DNA of 32,000 nucleotides from Candidatus Saccharimonadota bacterium (GCA_049942965.1 CP188088.1:480001-512000); one strand, 5' to 3'; positions 9,409 to 21,677 are shown, counted from the stretch's first letter. Made by a program: numbers and translations. The notes: a model not told the origin generated them from the sequence alone.

Positions 9409-10095
9409 ATGAAAAAAAATAGTAAAAGAAAAACTAAATTTTTAAAACAAATCGATTTAAAAAGAAAATATAAAGTTGAAGAAGGAATTAAACTTCTGAA
9501 AAAAATATCTTTAGTTAAATTTACAGAAAGTTTTGATGTAATTTTACAATTAGGTATTGATCCAAAAAAATCAGATCAAAACGTACGAGGAACAACAATT
9601 TTACCGCATGGTACGGGAAAAAAGATAAAAATTGCTGTATTTTCGCAAGGAGAAAACGCTTTAATTGCAAAAAAAAATGGAGCAGATTTTGTTGGAACAG
9701 AAGAACTTGTAAAAAACATTAAAGAAAAAAAAATAAAATTTGATATAGTTATTTCATCACCAGATACAATGCATATTGTAAGTAAAATAAGTTCTATTCT
9801 TGGACCAAGAGGATTAATGCCAAATCCAAAACTGGGAACAGTTACAGAAAATATAAAAAAATCAATAAAAAATTTTAAAAATGGACAAATTAGGTATAAA
9901 AATGAAAAAAATGGAATTTTGCATACAACAATTGGAAAAATTGATTTTCCAACTAAAAATCTAAAAAACAATTTTACAACATTACTAGAATCTGTAAAAA
10001 GATCAAAACCTACTACTTCTAAAGGAATATTTGTAAAAAAAATATTCTTCTCCACTACTATGGGACCTGCAATCGCTATTGATTATATACTTTAA
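9409..10095 (+). CDS. rplA: 50S ribosomal protein L1
   Basis: 228 aa, with the motifs VRGTTILPHGTGK and GPRGLMPNPK. It starts 11 nt after rplK. Confidence 0.96.
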   Translation: MKKNSKRKTKFLKQIDLKRKYKVEEGIKLLKKISLVKFTESFDVILQLGIDPKKSDQNVRGTTILPHGTGKKIKIAVFSQGENALIAKKNGADFVGTEELVKNIKEKKIKFDIVISSPDTMHIVSKISSILGPRGLMPNPKLGTVTENIKKSIKNFKNGQIRYKNEKNGILHTTIGKIDFPTKNLKNNFTTLLESVKRSKPTTSKGIFVKKIFFSTTMGPAIAIDYIL

Positions 10096-10134
10096 AAAAA
10101 TAATAAAAAATATAAAATCAAAACAATCTTAATA

Positions 10135-10172
10135 TATATATGAAAAAAACTTGTATATATGAAAAAAACTTG
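10135..10172. repeat. Perfect 19-bp tandem duplication (tatatatgaaaaaaacttg x2) in the rplA-rplJ intergenic leader
   Basis: Copy 1 at 10135-10153 and copy 2 at 10154-10172 are identical and directly abutting. Confidence 0.9.
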
Positions 10173-10335
10173 AATAAAATTTTGATTCGTCTCAGTACAA
10201 TAATAATCTTTGTTAAAAATATTTTAAAAAAAATTATTTTTTATTTTTTTTTAAATACTTTATATTTACCGAATTTTTAGAAATTATTATTATAATTTAA
10301 AAAAATTAATTCTAAAATTCAGGAGTACTAACAAC

Positions 10336-10830
10336 ATGGTATTAAAAACTAAAGAAAAAAAAATAATCATTTCTAATATTCATGAAATAACCAAAAAATC
10401 AATATCCATCGTTTTAGCACAAACAAAATATATTAAATCTAATGAATTAAACGAACTAAGGAAAATAGCTAGAAAATCCGGAGTGATTATAAAAATAATT
10501 CGAAATACACTGTTTAACATAGCAATTAAAAATACTGATTACGAATGTTTACAAAAGTTTGTTTCTGGGCCTATATTAATTGCTTGTTCTATGGAACATC
10601 CTGGTAGTGCAGCTAAATTATTTATAAATTTTGCTAAAAAAAACAATAACTTCAAAATTACTAACGCAGTATTTGAAAAAAAGATATTAACATTAAGTCA
10701 AATTGAAAAATTATCAAAAATTCCTACTTACAAAGAATCAATTATACAATTATTATCAACAATGAAAGAATCTTCAATTGGAAAATTAATACGAACATTA
10801 AAAAACCTAACTTTAAAAAAATCTAAATAA
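10336..10830 (+). CDS. rplJ: 50S ribosomal protein L10
   Basis: 164 aa, in the L10-like position between rplA and rplL. A strong Shine-Dalgarno AGGAG at 10321-10325 lies 10 nt upstream of the ATG. Confidence 0.93.
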   Translation: MVLKTKEKKIIISNIHEITKKSISIVLAQTKYIKSNELNELRKIARKSGVIIKIIRNTLFNIAIKNTDYECLQKFVSGPILIACSMEHPGSAAKLFINFAKKNNNFKITNAVFEKKILTLSQIEKLSKIPTYKESIIQLLSTMKESSIGKLIRTLKNLTLKKSK

Positions 10831-10882
10831 AAAAAAAAATATACAAAAAAATATTTTCTCAATTTTTACAGGAAAAATTATT

Positions 10883-11251
10883 ATGACTATTACTAAAGAA
10901 CAAATAATCGAAACAATATCAAAAATGTCTGTAATGAATATTACAGAACTAGTATCTGAAATGGAAAAAAAATTCAAAGTATCTTCTAATGCATCTTTAA
11001 ATACTATTTCACAACAAAAAGAAGAAAAAAAAGAAGAAAAAACAGAATTTAATGTATTACTAAAAAAAATAGGAAAAAATAAAATTTCTGTAATTAAAGC
11101 AGTTCGTAGTGCTACTGGACTAGGATTAAAAGAATCCAAAGACTTAGTTGAGTCTACTCCTACCTTAATAAAAGAAAAAATCAACAAGTCTGATGCGGAA
11201 TCTTTAACAAAAACATTACAATCTGCTGGTGCAGAAGTAGAAATTCAATAA
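10883..11251 (+). CDS. rplL: 50S ribosomal protein L7/L12
   Basis: 122 aa. The N-terminal dimerisation region is [18 protein letters not shown] and the C-terminal domain contains [20 protein letters not shown]. An AGGA lies about 10 nt upstream. Confidence 0.96.
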   Translation: MTITKEQIIETISKMSVMNITELVSEMEKKFKVSSNASLNTISQQKEEKKEEKTEFNVLLKKIGKNKISVIKAVRSATGLGLKESKDLVESTPTLIKEKINKSDAESLTKTLQSAGAEVEIQ

Positions 11252-11293
11252 TTTTTATATTTATTAATTTCTTCTTTTATTTAAATCTTTTAT

Positions 11294-11318
11294 GGCTGGT
11301 AAAAATTCTATACCAGCC
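11294..11318 (+). terminator. GC-rich hairpin in the rplL-rpoB spacer (candidate attenuator or processing stem)
   Basis: The 8-bp stem ggctggta / taccagcc has a 9-nt loop. It starts 43 nt after the rplL stop and is followed by a T-rich but interrupted tract (ttgataaatttgtttt). It is the only G+C-rich structure in the 247-bp spacer. E. coli has a partial terminator and an RNase III site at the equivalent position. Confidence 0.5.
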
Positions 11319-11498
11319 TTGATAAATTTGTTTTAAAATTTTTTTAATTTTTCAATTAAAAAAATATTTCTTCTCACAATAATGCTACAAAAAAAATCAT
11401 TAAACTTAAAAAAAATATCAAAAAAATCATATAATTTGTAGCATATTCTATAAACTTATTGAAGAACACATTTTTTCTTCGTGCTTATTGAGAATCTT

Positions 11499-14400
11499 AT
11501 GATTTACTCCAACACCGAAAAAAAAAGAATTCGAAAAGATTTTGGAAAACGTCCTAAAGTTTTAGAATTACCATATTTATTATCTATTCAATTAGATTCT
11601 TATAAAAAATTTATTAAAAAAACAAAAAATAAAAATTCTGGATTAGATTCTGCTTTTAAATCAATCTTTCCTATTAAAAGTTATAGCGGTAATGCAGAAT
11701 TACAATTTGTTGATTATACTTTAGGAAAATCAATATTTGAAGTTAAAGAATGTCAAATAAAAGGAGCAACTTTTTCAGCTCCATTACGTGTTAAATTAAG
11801 ATTACTTATATATGAAAGAGAAGCTTTAAATTCTACAATTAGAGATATTAAAGAACAAGAAGTATATATGGGAGAAATACCTCTAATGACAGAAAATGGA
11901 ACATTTGTTGTTAATGGAACAGAAAGAGTAGTAGTTTCTCAATTACATAGAAGTCCAGGAGTTTTTTTTGATAGCGACAAAGGAAAAACACATACTTCAG
12001 GAAAAGTATTATACAACGCAAGAATCATTCCTTATAGAGGATCTTGGATAGACTTTGAATTTGATCCAAAAGATTATTTATTTGTTAGAATTGATAGAAG
12101 AAGAAAACTTCCTGCTACAATATTGTTAAAAGCACTAAACTATAATAACGAAGATATTCTAAATGATTTTTTTGAAAAAACTAATTATGATATATCTAAT
12201 ATAAATAATATATTAATGGAATTAATTCCAGAACGATTAAGAGGAGAAACTGCTTCTTTTGATATTAAAAAAAACTCAATAACATACGTAGAAAAAGGTA
12301 GAAGAATTACTGCTAAACACATCCACAAACTCAAAAAAAATAAAATTCATATTGTTAATGTTCCAATTGAATATTTAATCGGAAGAGTTGTTTCCAAAGA
12401 TTATTTAGATCCAATTTCAAAGGAAATAATTGTTAAAGCTAATAGTATTTTATCAATAGAGCTGATTCAAAAACTTTTTAAATCAAATCATAAAAATATT
12501 GAAACAATTTTTACAAATGATTTAGATCACGGTTCATACATTTCTGAAACGTTAAGAATTGATCCTAGTCAAGATAAGCTCAGTGCATTAGTAGAAATCT
12601 ATCGAATGATGAGACCTGGAGAACCTCCAACAAAAGAAGCTGCTGAACAATTATTTCAAAATTTATTTTTTACTGAAGAAAAATATGATTTATCTCCCGT
12701 TGGAAGAATGAAATTTAATCGTTCTTTATTAAGAAAAAATGTAGAAAAAGATAACGTTTTAAGTAAAACTGATATAGTTCAAGTAATTAAAAAACTAATA
12801 TCTATTAGAAATGGAAAAGGAGAAATAGATGATATTGATCATTTAGGAAATAGAAGAATTCGTTCTGTTGGCGAAATGGTAGAAAATCAATTCAGATTAG
12901 GGTTAATTAGAGTTGAAAGGTCAGTGAAAGAAAGACTATCTGTTGGTGATTTGGATACGTTAATGCCTCAAGACATAATCAATGCTAAACCTATTTCTGC
13001 AACTATTAAAGAATTTTTTGGATCAAGTCAACTATCTCAATTCATGGATCAAAACAACCCACTTTCAGAAATTACACATAAGAGAAGAATTTCAGCCTTA
13101 GGTTCAGGAGGATTAACAAGAGAAAGAGCTGGATTTGAAGTAAGAGATGTACATCCTACACATTATGGAAGAGTATGCCCAATAGAAACACCAGAAGGTC
13201 CTAATATAGGATTAATAAACTCTTTATCAGTATATGCAAGAACAAACGAATACGGTTTTTTAGAAACTCCTTATATAAAAATTTCGAATGGTATAGTAAC
13301 GAAACAAATAGATTATCTTTCTGCAATTGAAGAAGGAAATTTTATAATTGCACAAGCTAACACCAATTTTGACAAAAACGGGAAAATTCTAGAAGAATTA
13401 GTTACATGTAGATACAAAGGAGAATCAGGTTTATTTGAATATACCAAAATCAATTATATGGATGTTTCTACCCAACAAATAGTTTCAGTAGGAGCTTCTT
13501 TAATACCATTTTTAGAACATGACGACGCTAATAGAGCTTTAATGGGTGCTAATATGCAAAGACAAGCTGTTCCTACCTTAAAAGCAGAAAAACCTTTGGT
13601 TGGAACAGGTATGGAAAGAACAGTAGCAGTTGATTCAGGAATATCAATAGTTGCAAAAAGAAATGGAATAATTCAATTTGTAGACTCGTCTAAAATTGTA
13701 GTAAAAGTAAACGATTTAGAAATAAATCCTAATGAATCCGGAATTGATATCTATCACTTAACAAAATATACTCGATCTAATCAAAATACCTGTATTAATC
13801 AAAAACCTTGTGTCAAAAATGGAGAATCCATAAAAAAAGGAGACGTTTTAGCAGACGGTTCATCTACTGATTTAGGAGAACTTTCTCTAGGACAAAATAT
13901 GAGAGTAGCATTTATGCCATGGAATGGATACAATTTTGAAGATTCAATTTTAATATCTGAAAAAATAGTTCAAAAAGACCGTTTTACTACAATACATATT
14001 CAAGAACTATCTTGCATTGCAAGAGATACTAAACTAGGAATTGAAGAAATAACATCAGATATACCTAATGTAGGAGAACATGCTTTATCTAAACTAGATG
14101 AATCAGGAATTGTTTACATTGGAGCCGAAGTAATTGGAGGAGATATTTTAGTAGGTAAAGTAACTCCAAAAGGAGAAACTCAACTTACTCCTGAAGAAAA
14201 ACTATTAAGAGCTATATTTGGAGAAAAAGCATCAGACGTGAAGGATTCTTCATTAAGAGTTCCTAATGGAGTTTTTGGAACTGTGATCGATGTGCAAATT
14301 TTTACGAGAGATGGAGTAAAAAAAGACAAAAGAGCTCTTCAAATCGAAGAAATGCAAATCCAACAAACAAAAAAAGATATAACGGAAGAACTAAAAATAC

Positions 14401-15530
14401 TAGAAGAAGCTATTTTTATAAGAATGAAAAATTTATTTACTGAAATAGGAATAAAAGAAATAGATTTTATAAACAAACCGAAAGAAAAATGGTTTTCAAC
14501 ACCAATTGAAGACAAAAAAAATCAAAAAAAAATATTTCACTTATTTGAACAATATAAAAAAATAAAAAACGAATGTGAAAAAAAAATTAAAATAAAAAAA
14601 ACAAAAATAACTCAAGGTGATGAATTAGCTCCTGGAATATTAAAAATAGTAAAAGTTTATCTAGCCGTTAAACGGCAAGTGCAAACTGGAGATAAAATGG
14701 CAGGAAGGCATGGAAATAAAGGAGTAATATCAAAAATTAATCCAATAGAAGACATGCCGTATGATGAAAATGGAAATGTAATAGACATTGTTCTAAATCC
14801 TTTGGGAGTTCCATCTAGAATGAATATTGGTCAAATATTAGAAACTCATTTAGGAATGGCTGCAAAAGGGATAGGTGATAAAATTAAACGAATGCTAAAA
14901 CACAACATTCAAATAACTAAATTACGTAAATTTATTCAAAGTGCTTATGATGTTGGAAATAATTTACGTCAAAAAATAAATTTAAATAATTTTTCTGACA
15001 AAGAAATATTAGATCTTGCAAATAATTTAAAAAAAGGACTTCCAATAGCTACTCCAGTATTTGATGGAGCTCAAGAAAGTGAAATAAAAAAACTATTAAA
15101 ATTAGCAGAATTACCTACTTCTGGTCAAATTACATTATTTGATGGTAGAACAGGAGAAAAATTTGAAAGACCAGTAACAGTTGGATACATGTATATGTTA
15201 AAACTAAATCATTTAGTAGACGATAAAATGCATGCTCGTTCTACTGGTTCTTATAGTTTAATAACTCAACAACCACTCGGTGGTAAAGCTCAATTTGGTG
15301 GTCAAAGATTCGGAGAAATGGAAGTATGGGCATTAGAAGCTTACGGTGCTTCCTATACTCTACAAGAAATGTTAACAGTAAAATCTGATGACGTTAATGG
15401 AAGAACAAAAATGTATAAAAATATTGTAGACGGAAATCATCAAATGGAACCGGGAATGCCTGAATCTTTTAACGTTCTTTTAAAAGAAATAAGATCTTTA
15501 GGAATAAACATAGAACTAGAAGATGAATAA
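11499..15530 (+). CDS. rpoB: DNA-directed RNA polymerase subunit beta
   Basis: The ORF track starts at GTG 11481, but the conserved N-terminus [17 protein letters not shown] (E. coli [17 protein letters not shown]) starts at ATG 11499. This gives 1343 aa, collinear with E. coli RpoB throughout (for example NMQRQAVP and [13 protein letters not shown]). Confidence 0.97.
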   Translation: MIYSNTEKKRIRKDFGKRPKVLELPYLLSIQLDSYKKFIKKTKNKNSGLDSAFKSIFPIKSYSGNAELQFVDYTLGKSIFEVKECQIKGATFSAPLRVKLRLLIYEREALNSTIRDIKEQEVYMGEIPLMTENGTFVVNGTERVVVSQLHRSPGVFFDSDKGKTHTSGKVLYNARIIPYRGSWIDFEFDPKDYLFVRIDRRRKLPATILLKALNYNNEDILNDFFEKTNYDISNINNILMELIPERLRGETASFDIKKNSITYVEKGRRITAKHIHKLKKNKIHIVNVPIEYLIGRVVSKDYLDPISKEIIVKANSILSIELIQKLFKSNHKNIETIFTNDLDHGSYISETLRIDPSQDKLSALVEIYRMMRPGEPPTKEAAEQLFQNLFFTEEKYDLSPVGRMKFNRSLLRKNVEKDNVLSKTDIVQVIKKLISIRNGKGEIDDIDHLGNRRIRSVGEMVENQFRLGLIRVERSVKERLSVGDLDTLMPQDIINAKPISATIKEFFGSSQLSQFMDQNNPLSEITHKRRISALGSGGLTRERAGFEVRDVHPTHYGRVCPIETPEGPNIGLINSLSVYARTNEYGFLETPYIKISNGIVTKQIDYLSAIEEGNFIIAQANTNFDKNGKILEELVTCRYKGESGLFEYTKINYMDVSTQQIVSVGASLIPFLEHDDANRALMGANMQRQAVPTLKAEKPLVGTGMERTVAVDSGISIVAKRNGIIQFVDSSKIVVKVNDLEINPNESGIDIYHLTKYTRSNQNTCINQKPCVKNGESIKKGDVLADGSSTDLGELSLGQNMRVAFMPWNGYNFEDSILISEKIVQKDRFTTIHIQELSCIARDTKLGIEEITSDIPNVGEHALSKLDESGIVYIGAEVIGGDILVGKVTPKGETQLTPEEKLLRAIFGEKASDVKDSSLRVPNGVFGTVIDVQIFTRDGVKKDKRALQIEEMQIQQTKKDITEELKILEEAIFIRMKNLFTEIGIKEIDFINKPKEKWFSTPIEDKKNQKKIFHLFEQYKKIKNECEKKIKIKKTKITQGDELAPGILKIVKVYLAVKRQVQTGDKMAGRHGNKGVISKINPIEDMPYDENGNVIDIVLNPLGVPSRMNIGQILETHLGMAAKGIGDKIKRMLKHNIQITKLRKFIQSAYDVGNNLRQKINLNNFSDKEILDLANNLKKGLPIATPVFDGAQESEIKKLLKLAELPTSGQITLFDGRTGEKFERPVTVGYMYMLKLNHLVDDKMHARSTGSYSLITQQPLGGKAQFGGQRFGEMEVWALEAYGASYTLQEMLTVKSDDVNGRTKMYKNIVDGNHQMEPGMPESFNVLLKEIRSLGINIELEDE

Positions 15531-15632
15531 TAATTCATCTTTTACAAAATAAAAGAATAATTTTTTATTATTTACTAAACAAATATAACGAATAAATTCT
15601 TAATATAATTGTACTAAAATGGAAACTAATCA

Positions 15633-18600
15633 GTGAAAGATTTACTTAAATTTTTAAAATTACAAACCAAAAAAGAAGAATTTGATGCAATAAAAATTGA
15701 ATTAGCATCTCCAGATATGATTCGTTCTTGGTCTTATGGAGAAGTAAAAAAACCAGAAACAATTAATTATAGAACTTTTAAACCAGAAAGAGATGGATTG
15801 TTCTGTGCTCGTATATTTGGACCAATCAAAGATTATGAATGTCTATGCGGAAAATACAAAAGACTAAAACATCGAGGAGTAATTTGTGAAAAATGTGGTG
15901 TTGAAGTAACACAAAGCAAAGTACGAAGAGATAGAATGGGTCATATAGAATTATCGTCTCCAACAGCTCATATTTGGTTTCTAAAATCCTTGCCGTCAAG
16001 AATAGGGTTGCTTCTAGACATGCCTCTAAGAGACATTGAAAGAGTATTATACTTTGAATCTTATGTGGTAATAGACGGAGGAATGACCAATTTAAATGTA
16101 GGGCAAATTTTAACTGAAGAACAATATTTAGATTCTTTAGAAGAATTTGGAGACGAATTTGAAGCTAAAATGGGTGCAGAAGCTATCCAACTATTACTAA
16201 AGAAGATACATTTAAAAAAAGAATGCAAAAATTTAAGAAATATAATTAATGAAACTCATTCAGAAACTAAGAAAAAAAAGCTAACAAAAAGAATAAAATT
16301 ATTAGAATCTTTTATACAATCAAACAACAAGCCAGAATGGATGATACTTACAGTATTACCTGTTTTGCCACCTGATCTAAGACCATTGGTTCCATTAGAT
16401 GGTGGTCGATTTGCAACTTCTGATTTAAACGATTTATATAGAAGAGTTATTAATAGAAATAACAGACTAAAAAGATTATTAGATTTATCAGCTCCAGATA
16501 TAATTGTTAGAAATGAAAAAAGAATGCTTCAAGAATCAGTAGATGCTCTACTTGACAATGGAAGAAGAGGAAGAGCAATCACTGGATCTAATAAAAGACC
16601 ACTAAAATCTTTATCAGATATGATAAAAGGAAAACAAGGTAGATTTCGACAAAATCTTTTAGGAAAAAGAGTAGATTATTCTGGAAGATCAGTAATAACT
16701 GTAGGTCCATATCTAAGATTGCATCAATGTGGATTACCTAAAAAAATGGCCTTGGAATTATTTAAACCATTTATATATGGAAAATTAGAAGTCAGAGGAT
16801 TAGCAACAACGATTAAATCTGCTAAAAAAATGGTTGAAAGAGAGGAATCAGTAGTTTGGGATATTCTAGATGAAGTGATTAAAGAACATCCTGTACTCTT
16901 AAATCGAGCACCCACTTTACATAGATTAGGAATTCAAGCATTCGAACCTATTTTAATTGAAGGGAAAGCAATACAACTACATCCATTAGTATGTGCTGCA
17001 TATAATGCCGATTTTGATGGAGATCAAATGGCTGTACATATTCCTCTAACTTTAGAAGCACAACTAGAATCTAAAGCTTTAATGATGTCTACAAATAACA
17101 TTTTATCACCTGCAAATGGAGAACCAATTATTGTTCCATCACAAGATGTTGTATTAGGATTATATTATATGACTCGATCTAAAATTAATGGAAAGGGAGA
17201 AGGAATGATGTTTAGTTCTCCAGAAGAAGCTGAAAAAGCTTATCATTTAGGATTTGTAGATTTACATTCAAAAATAATAGTTAAAATATCCGAATACGAA
17301 AAGAACGAAAAAGATGATTATTTTAAAAAAGACAAAATAGTAAAAACTACTGTTGGAAGGACTATTCTATGGATGATAATTCCAAAAGGATTGCCATATT
17401 CTATAATAAATAAAGTATTAATAAAAAAAACTATTTCAAAAATATTACATACTTGCTATCAAATTTTAGGGATTAAAGAAACTGTTACATTAGCCGACCA
17501 AATCATGTATACAGGATTTTCCTATGCTGCACGTTCTGGAGCATCCGTAGGAATTGACGACATGGTTATTCCAAAAAAAAAATCAGAAATAATTATGGAA
17601 GCAGAAAATGAAGTTGTTGAAATACAAGAACAATTTCAATCTGGATTAGTTACATCTGGAGAAAGATACAATAAAGTTATTGATATTTGGGCAGCTGCTA
17701 ACGAAAGAGTTGCTACTGCTATGATGGAAAATTTATCTACAGAAAAAATAATTAATAATTTCGGAATAGAAAAAAAACAAAAATCATTTAATAATATATT
17801 TATGATGGCTGATTCAGGAGCAAGAGGTTCTGCGGCACAAATTAGACAACTTGCAGGAATGAGAGGATTAATGGCTAAACCAGACGGATCAATTATTGAA
17901 ACACCAATTACTGCTAATTTTAGAGAGGGATTAAATATATTACAATATTTTATATCTACTCATGGAGCAAGAAAGGGTTTAGCTGATACAGCACTCAAAA
18001 CAGCAAATTCAGGATATCTAACAAGAAGATTAGTTGACGTAGCTCAAGATTTAGTAGTAACAGAAAAAGATTGCAAAACAACAGAAGGAATAACAATGAC
18101 TTCTCTCATCGAAAGAGGAGATATTAAAGAAGATTTAAGAGAAAGAGTCTTAGGACGAGTAACTGCTGAAAATATATTCGAAAACAGCTTTTGTAATACA
18201 ATTTTAGTTCCAAAAAACACGCTACTTGATGAAAAATGGTGTGATTTATTAGAAAAATTTTCAATAGATAATGTAAAAGTTAGATCAGTAGTTAACTGTG
18301 AAACAAATTTCGGAGTGTGTTCTTATTGTTATGGAAGAGATCTCGCAAGAGGAAAAATTGTAAATAAAGGAGAGGCTGTAGGTGTTATTGCTGCGCAATC
18401 TATAGGAGAACCAGGTACTCAATTAACTATGAGAACATTTCATATTGGTGGAGCTGCATCAAGAGCAGCAACAGAATCATGTATTCAAGTAAAAAATAAA
18501 GGAAAAATAAAATTAAAAAATTCTAAAACAGTACAAAATTCTAATGGAAAATTAGTTATTATTTCTAGAAATGTTGAATTGCGAATCATTGACAAATATG

Positions 18601-19880
18601 GACGAACAAAAGAAAGTTATAAAATTCCTTATGGTTCAATAATGAACAAAAGAAATGAAGAAATTGTTAATGCAGGAGATATAATTGCTCAATGGGATCC
18701 TCATACTATGCCAGTTATAACTGAAGTAGGAGGTTTTGTAAAATTTATTGACATGATAGATGGACAAAGTATTATTAGACAAACCGATGAACTAACTGGT
18801 TTGACATCTATTATTATATTAGATACTTCTGAAAGAACAACTACAGGAAAAGATCTAAGACCGGCTTTAAAAATAATTGATTCAAAAAATCAAAATGTTT
18901 TAATACCAGGAACAGAAGTTCCAGCACAATACTTTTTACCTGGAAAAAGTATTGTGCAAATAGAAAATTTTAGAAAAATCTTTCCAGGAGATACTTTAGC
19001 AAGAATTCCACAAGAGTCAGGAGGAACAAAAGATATTACAGGAGGACTACCTAGAGTAGCTGATTTATTTGAAGCCAGAAAACCAAAAGAATCAGCAATT
19101 CTAGCAGAAGTAAGTGGAATTATTTCGTTTGGAAAAGAAACAAAAGGAAAAAAAAGACTAATAATATCTTCACAAAATTCTAATGAAGAACCATATGAAG
19201 AAATGATTCAAAAATGGAGACAATTAAATGTATTTGAAGGAGAAAGAGTAGAAAAAGGAGATGTAATATCAGACGGACCAGAATCTCCTCACGATATTCT
19301 TCGTTTAAGAGGAGTACAAGCTGTTACTAAATATATAGTCAATGAAGTACAAGAAGTTTATCGACTTCAAGGAGTAAAAATTAATGATAAACATATTGAA
19401 GTAATAATAAGACAGATGTTAAGAAAAGCTACTTTAATTAATAAAGGAGATTCTAATTTTTTAGATGGAGAACAAGTAGAGTATTCAAAAATAAAAATTT
19501 CTAATAAAATTTTAAAAGAACAAAAAAAAAATATTGCAACATTTTCAAGAGATCTTTTAGGTATTACTAAAGCTTCTCTAGCAACAGATTCATTTATATC
19601 AGCTGCCTCTTTTCAAGAAACTACAAGAATATTAACAGAAGCTGCTGTTGCCGGGAAAAGAGATGAACTAAAAGGACTAAAAGAAAACGTTATCGTAGGA
19701 CGTTTAATCCCTGCTGGAACTGGATATGCATATCATAAAAAAAGATTAAAACGTCAAAAAAAAATAAATGAAAAAAAAATCAACAATAAAATCAATTTTT
19801 CTCATCCAATTAGTGTCGAAGAAGCATCAGCTAATCTATCAGAGTTACTAAATGCTACTAACATAAATTCAAAGAAATAA
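15633..19880 (+). CDS. rpoC: DNA-directed RNA polymerase subunit beta'
   Basis: 1415 aa with a GTG start, as in E. coli rpoC. It carries the zinc-binding motif [23 protein letters not shown] and the catalytic motif NADFDGDQM. Confidence 0.97.
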   Translation: MKDLLKFLKLQTKKEEFDAIKIELASPDMIRSWSYGEVKKPETINYRTFKPERDGLFCARIFGPIKDYECLCGKYKRLKHRGVICEKCGVEVTQSKVRRDRMGHIELSSPTAHIWFLKSLPSRIGLLLDMPLRDIERVLYFESYVVIDGGMTNLNVGQILTEEQYLDSLEEFGDEFEAKMGAEAIQLLLKKIHLKKECKNLRNIINETHSETKKKKLTKRIKLLESFIQSNNKPEWMILTVLPVLPPDLRPLVPLDGGRFATSDLNDLYRRVINRNNRLKRLLDLSAPDIIVRNEKRMLQESVDALLDNGRRGRAITGSNKRPLKSLSDMIKGKQGRFRQNLLGKRVDYSGRSVITVGPYLRLHQCGLPKKMALELFKPFIYGKLEVRGLATTIKSAKKMVEREESVVWDILDEVIKEHPVLLNRAPTLHRLGIQAFEPILIEGKAIQLHPLVCAAYNADFDGDQMAVHIPLTLEAQLESKALMMSTNNILSPANGEPIIVPSQDVVLGLYYMTRSKINGKGEGMMFSSPEEAEKAYHLGFVDLHSKIIVKISEYEKNEKDDYFKKDKIVKTTVGRTILWMIIPKGLPYSIINKVLIKKTISKILHTCYQILGIKETVTLADQIMYTGFSYAARSGASVGIDDMVIPKKKSEIIMEAENEVVEIQEQFQSGLVTSGERYNKVIDIWAAANERVATAMMENLSTEKIINNFGIEKKQKSFNNIFMMADSGARGSAAQIRQLAGMRGLMAKPDGSIIETPITANFREGLNILQYFISTHGARKGLADTALKTANSGYLTRRLVDVAQDLVVTEKDCKTTEGITMTSLIERGDIKEDLRERVLGRVTAENIFENSFCNTILVPKNTLLDEKWCDLLEKFSIDNVKVRSVVNCETNFGVCSYCYGRDLARGKIVNKGEAVGVIAAQSIGEPGTQLTMRTFHIGGAASRAATESCIQVKNKGKIKLKNSKTVQNSNGKLVIISRNVELRIIDKYGRTKESYKIPYGSIMNKRNEEIVNAGDIIAQWDPHTMPVITEVGGFVKFIDMIDGQSIIRQTDELTGLTSIIILDTSERTTTGKDLRPALKIIDSKNQNVLIPGTEVPAQYFLPGKSIVQIENFRKIFPGDTLARIPQESGGTKDITGGLPRVADLFEARKPKESAILAEVSGIISFGKETKGKKRLIISSQNSNEEPYEEMIQKWRQLNVFEGERVEKGDVISDGPESPHDILRLRGVQAVTKYIVNEVQEVYRLQGVKINDKHIEVIIRQMLRKATLINKGDSNFLDGEQVEYSKIKISNKILKEQKKNIATFSRDLLGITKASLATDSFISAASFQETTRILTEAAVAGKRDELKGLKENVIVGRLIPAGTGYAYHKKRLKRQKKINEKKINNKINFSHPISVEEASANLSELLNATNINSKK

Positions 19881-20011
19881 AAATATTATCTAAAAAATAA
19901 TAAAAACAAAAAAATAAACTATTTATTTTTTTATTTTATATAAAATAATGAAAAATTATTTTTTTGTTTGTAAAAAATAATTCAATCATAATATTAACGA
20001 TCATAATAAAA

Positions 20012-21604
20012 ATGAAAAAAAACAAAAAAACAAAAAGAGCTTTGATTAGCGTATGTAATACTTCTGGCATTATACACTTTGCAAAATTTCTTAATAAAAA
20101 AAAAATCAAGATTATAGCTACGGAAGGAACAAAAAAAATTCTACAAAAAAAAAACATTCCAGTAACATCAGTATCTGAATATATTGAATTTCCTGAAATA
20201 ATGAACGGTAGAGTAAAAAGTATGCACCCAAAAATTTTTGGTGGGATTTTAGGAAGACAGGAAAAAGATACTGATATTATGAAACTATATGGAATTAAAA
20301 AAATTCATTTAGTTATAGTAAATTTATATCCTTTTTTAGAAAAACAAAAAACATTAAAAAATAATTTTTTTGATTTAAGTGAATATATTGATATAGGTGG
20401 TGTTTCTCTTATTAGAGCTGCTGCTAAAAACTGTTCCGAAGTATTAGTTATAGTGTCTCCTGGAGATTATAACAAAGTTATCAAGATGATTGATTTAAAT
20501 GGAATAGAATCTATACCTTTAGAAAAAAAAATAAAATTAGCACAAAAAGCTTTTTCATATACTTCACATTATGATGATTTAATTTCTAAATATTTTTTAA
20601 AGAAAATAAAAAAAACTGAAAAAAAAAATACATTTCCAGAAATATTAAAAATAAACTTAATAAAAAAAATACAATTAAGATATGGGGAAAATCCTCATCA
20701 AAAATCAGCTTTTTATATAGAAGAAAAAAATAAAAACAATATTTTTGAAAAATCTAAACAAATACAAGGAAAAAAAATATCTTATAATAATATTCTTGAT
20801 TTAGAAATAGCTTGGAATTGTGTTCAAAACTTTAAAAACCCAGCTTGTGCTATTGTAAAACACTCAATTCCATGTGGAGTATGCGAAAGCGAATCAACTA
20901 TTAAATCATATACGTCTGCTTATCAATGTGATCCTATTTCAGCTTTTGGAGGAGTTATTTCCTTTAATTCTAAAATAAATCAAATAGTTGCTAAAACTAT
21001 TTTAAAAAATCAATTTGTCGAAGTAATTATAGCACCTATAATTACTAAAAATGCTTTAGAAATATTTAAAAAAAAAAAAAACATAATAGTACTTACTTTA
21101 AACCAAAAAAAAAATACAACTTTTAATTTAGATTTCAAATCAAGCTTTGGTGGAATGTTAATTCAAGAACAAGACAATTGCTCATTCGAAAAAAATAATA
21201 AAAAAAAATATTGGAAAACAGTAACAAATAGAAAAATTATAACAAACAAAGAAAAAGAAGATGCAATATTCGCTTGGAAAATTGTAAAATATGTCAAATC
21301 CAATGCAATAGTTATTGTAAAAAATAGAAAAACTATTGGAATTGGATCTGGACAAACTAGTAGAATATTTTCTACTAAAATATCTAATTTAAAAGCAATA
21401 GAACAAAATTTAGACACTATCGGAGCAACAATGGCTTCTGATGCATTTTTCCCATTTTCAGATAGTATAAAATTAGCAGCAAAAATTGGAATTACTTGTA
21501 TAATACAACCAGGAGGATCGATACGTGACAAAGAAGTGATTTCAGCCGCAAATAAAAGTAATATAATAATGTTATTTACAAATAAAAGATGTTTTAAACA
21601 TTAA
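20012..21604 (+). CDS. purH: Bifunctional AICAR transformylase / IMP cyclohydrolase
   Basis: The ORF-track start at 19964 adds 16 low-complexity residues with no PurH counterpart. The ATG at 20012 gives MKKNKKTKRALISV, aligning with E. coli MQQRRPVRRALLSV, for 530 aa versus 529 aa in E. coli. The motifs GRVKSMHPKIFGGIL and YGENPHQ are present. Confidence 0.92.
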   Translation: MKKNKKTKRALISVCNTSGIIHFAKFLNKKKIKIIATEGTKKILQKKNIPVTSVSEYIEFPEIMNGRVKSMHPKIFGGILGRQEKDTDIMKLYGIKKIHLVIVNLYPFLEKQKTLKNNFFDLSEYIDIGGVSLIRAAAKNCSEVLVIVSPGDYNKVIKMIDLNGIESIPLEKKIKLAQKAFSYTSHYDDLISKYFLKKIKKTEKKNTFPEILKINLIKKIQLRYGENPHQKSAFYIEEKNKNNIFEKSKQIQGKKISYNNILDLEIAWNCVQNFKNPACAIVKHSIPCGVCESESTIKSYTSAYQCDPISAFGGVISFNSKINQIVAKTILKNQFVEVIIAPIITKNALEIFKKKKNIIVLTLNQKKNTTFNLDFKSSFGGMLIQEQDNCSFEKNNKKKYWKTVTNRKIITNKEKEDAIFAWKIVKYVKSNAIVIVKNRKTIGIGSGQTSRIFSTKISNLKAIEQNLDTIGATMASDAFFPFSDSIKLAAKIGITCIIQPGGSIRDKEVISAANKSNIIMLFTNKRCFKH

Positions 21605-21677
21605 TATAAATAACTAAAAAATAATTAGCTGTATTAAACAATAAAAAAAAAAGTAATTCCTTATTAAAAAAAATAAA

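Noticed and set aside
9576-10055. 159-aa ORF on the minus strand inside rplA. Similar large antisense ORFs lie at 10813..11187 (inside rplL and upstream), 21163..21531 (inside purH) and 26718..27143 (inside ftsY).
   Set aside because: All lie entirely opposite well-supported conserved genes. Their translations are Phe/Ile/Leu/Ser-rich low-complexity mirrors of Lys/Glu/Asn-rich sense codons (AAA to TTT, GAA to TTC). None has a Shine-Dalgarno or a recognisable motif. For the rplA case, the antisense frame only gets a stop when a sense codon ending in T or C is followed by TA- or CA- (Tyr, His, Gln), and these are rare in these proteins. These are shadow ORFs.
10140-10280. 46-codon ORF (MKKTCIYEKNLNKILIRLSTIIIFVKNILKKIIFYFFLNTLYLPNF) starting inside the 19-bp tandem duplication in the rplJ leader.
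   Set aside because: It has no Shine-Dalgarno upstream and its composition is what random A/T-rich DNA yields. The region is expected to be the untranslated L10 leader. No known leader peptide exists for this operon.
19904-19969. 14-nt inverted repeat aaacaaaaaaataa / ttatttttttgttt, separated by 38 nt, in the rpoC-purH spacer. It could be taken as an rpoC terminator.
   Set aside because: The arms are essentially poly(A) against poly(T) with one G:C pair, and the loop is long. Complementarity between homopolymer-like A and T runs is expected by chance here, so this is not credible as a specific structure without transcript data.
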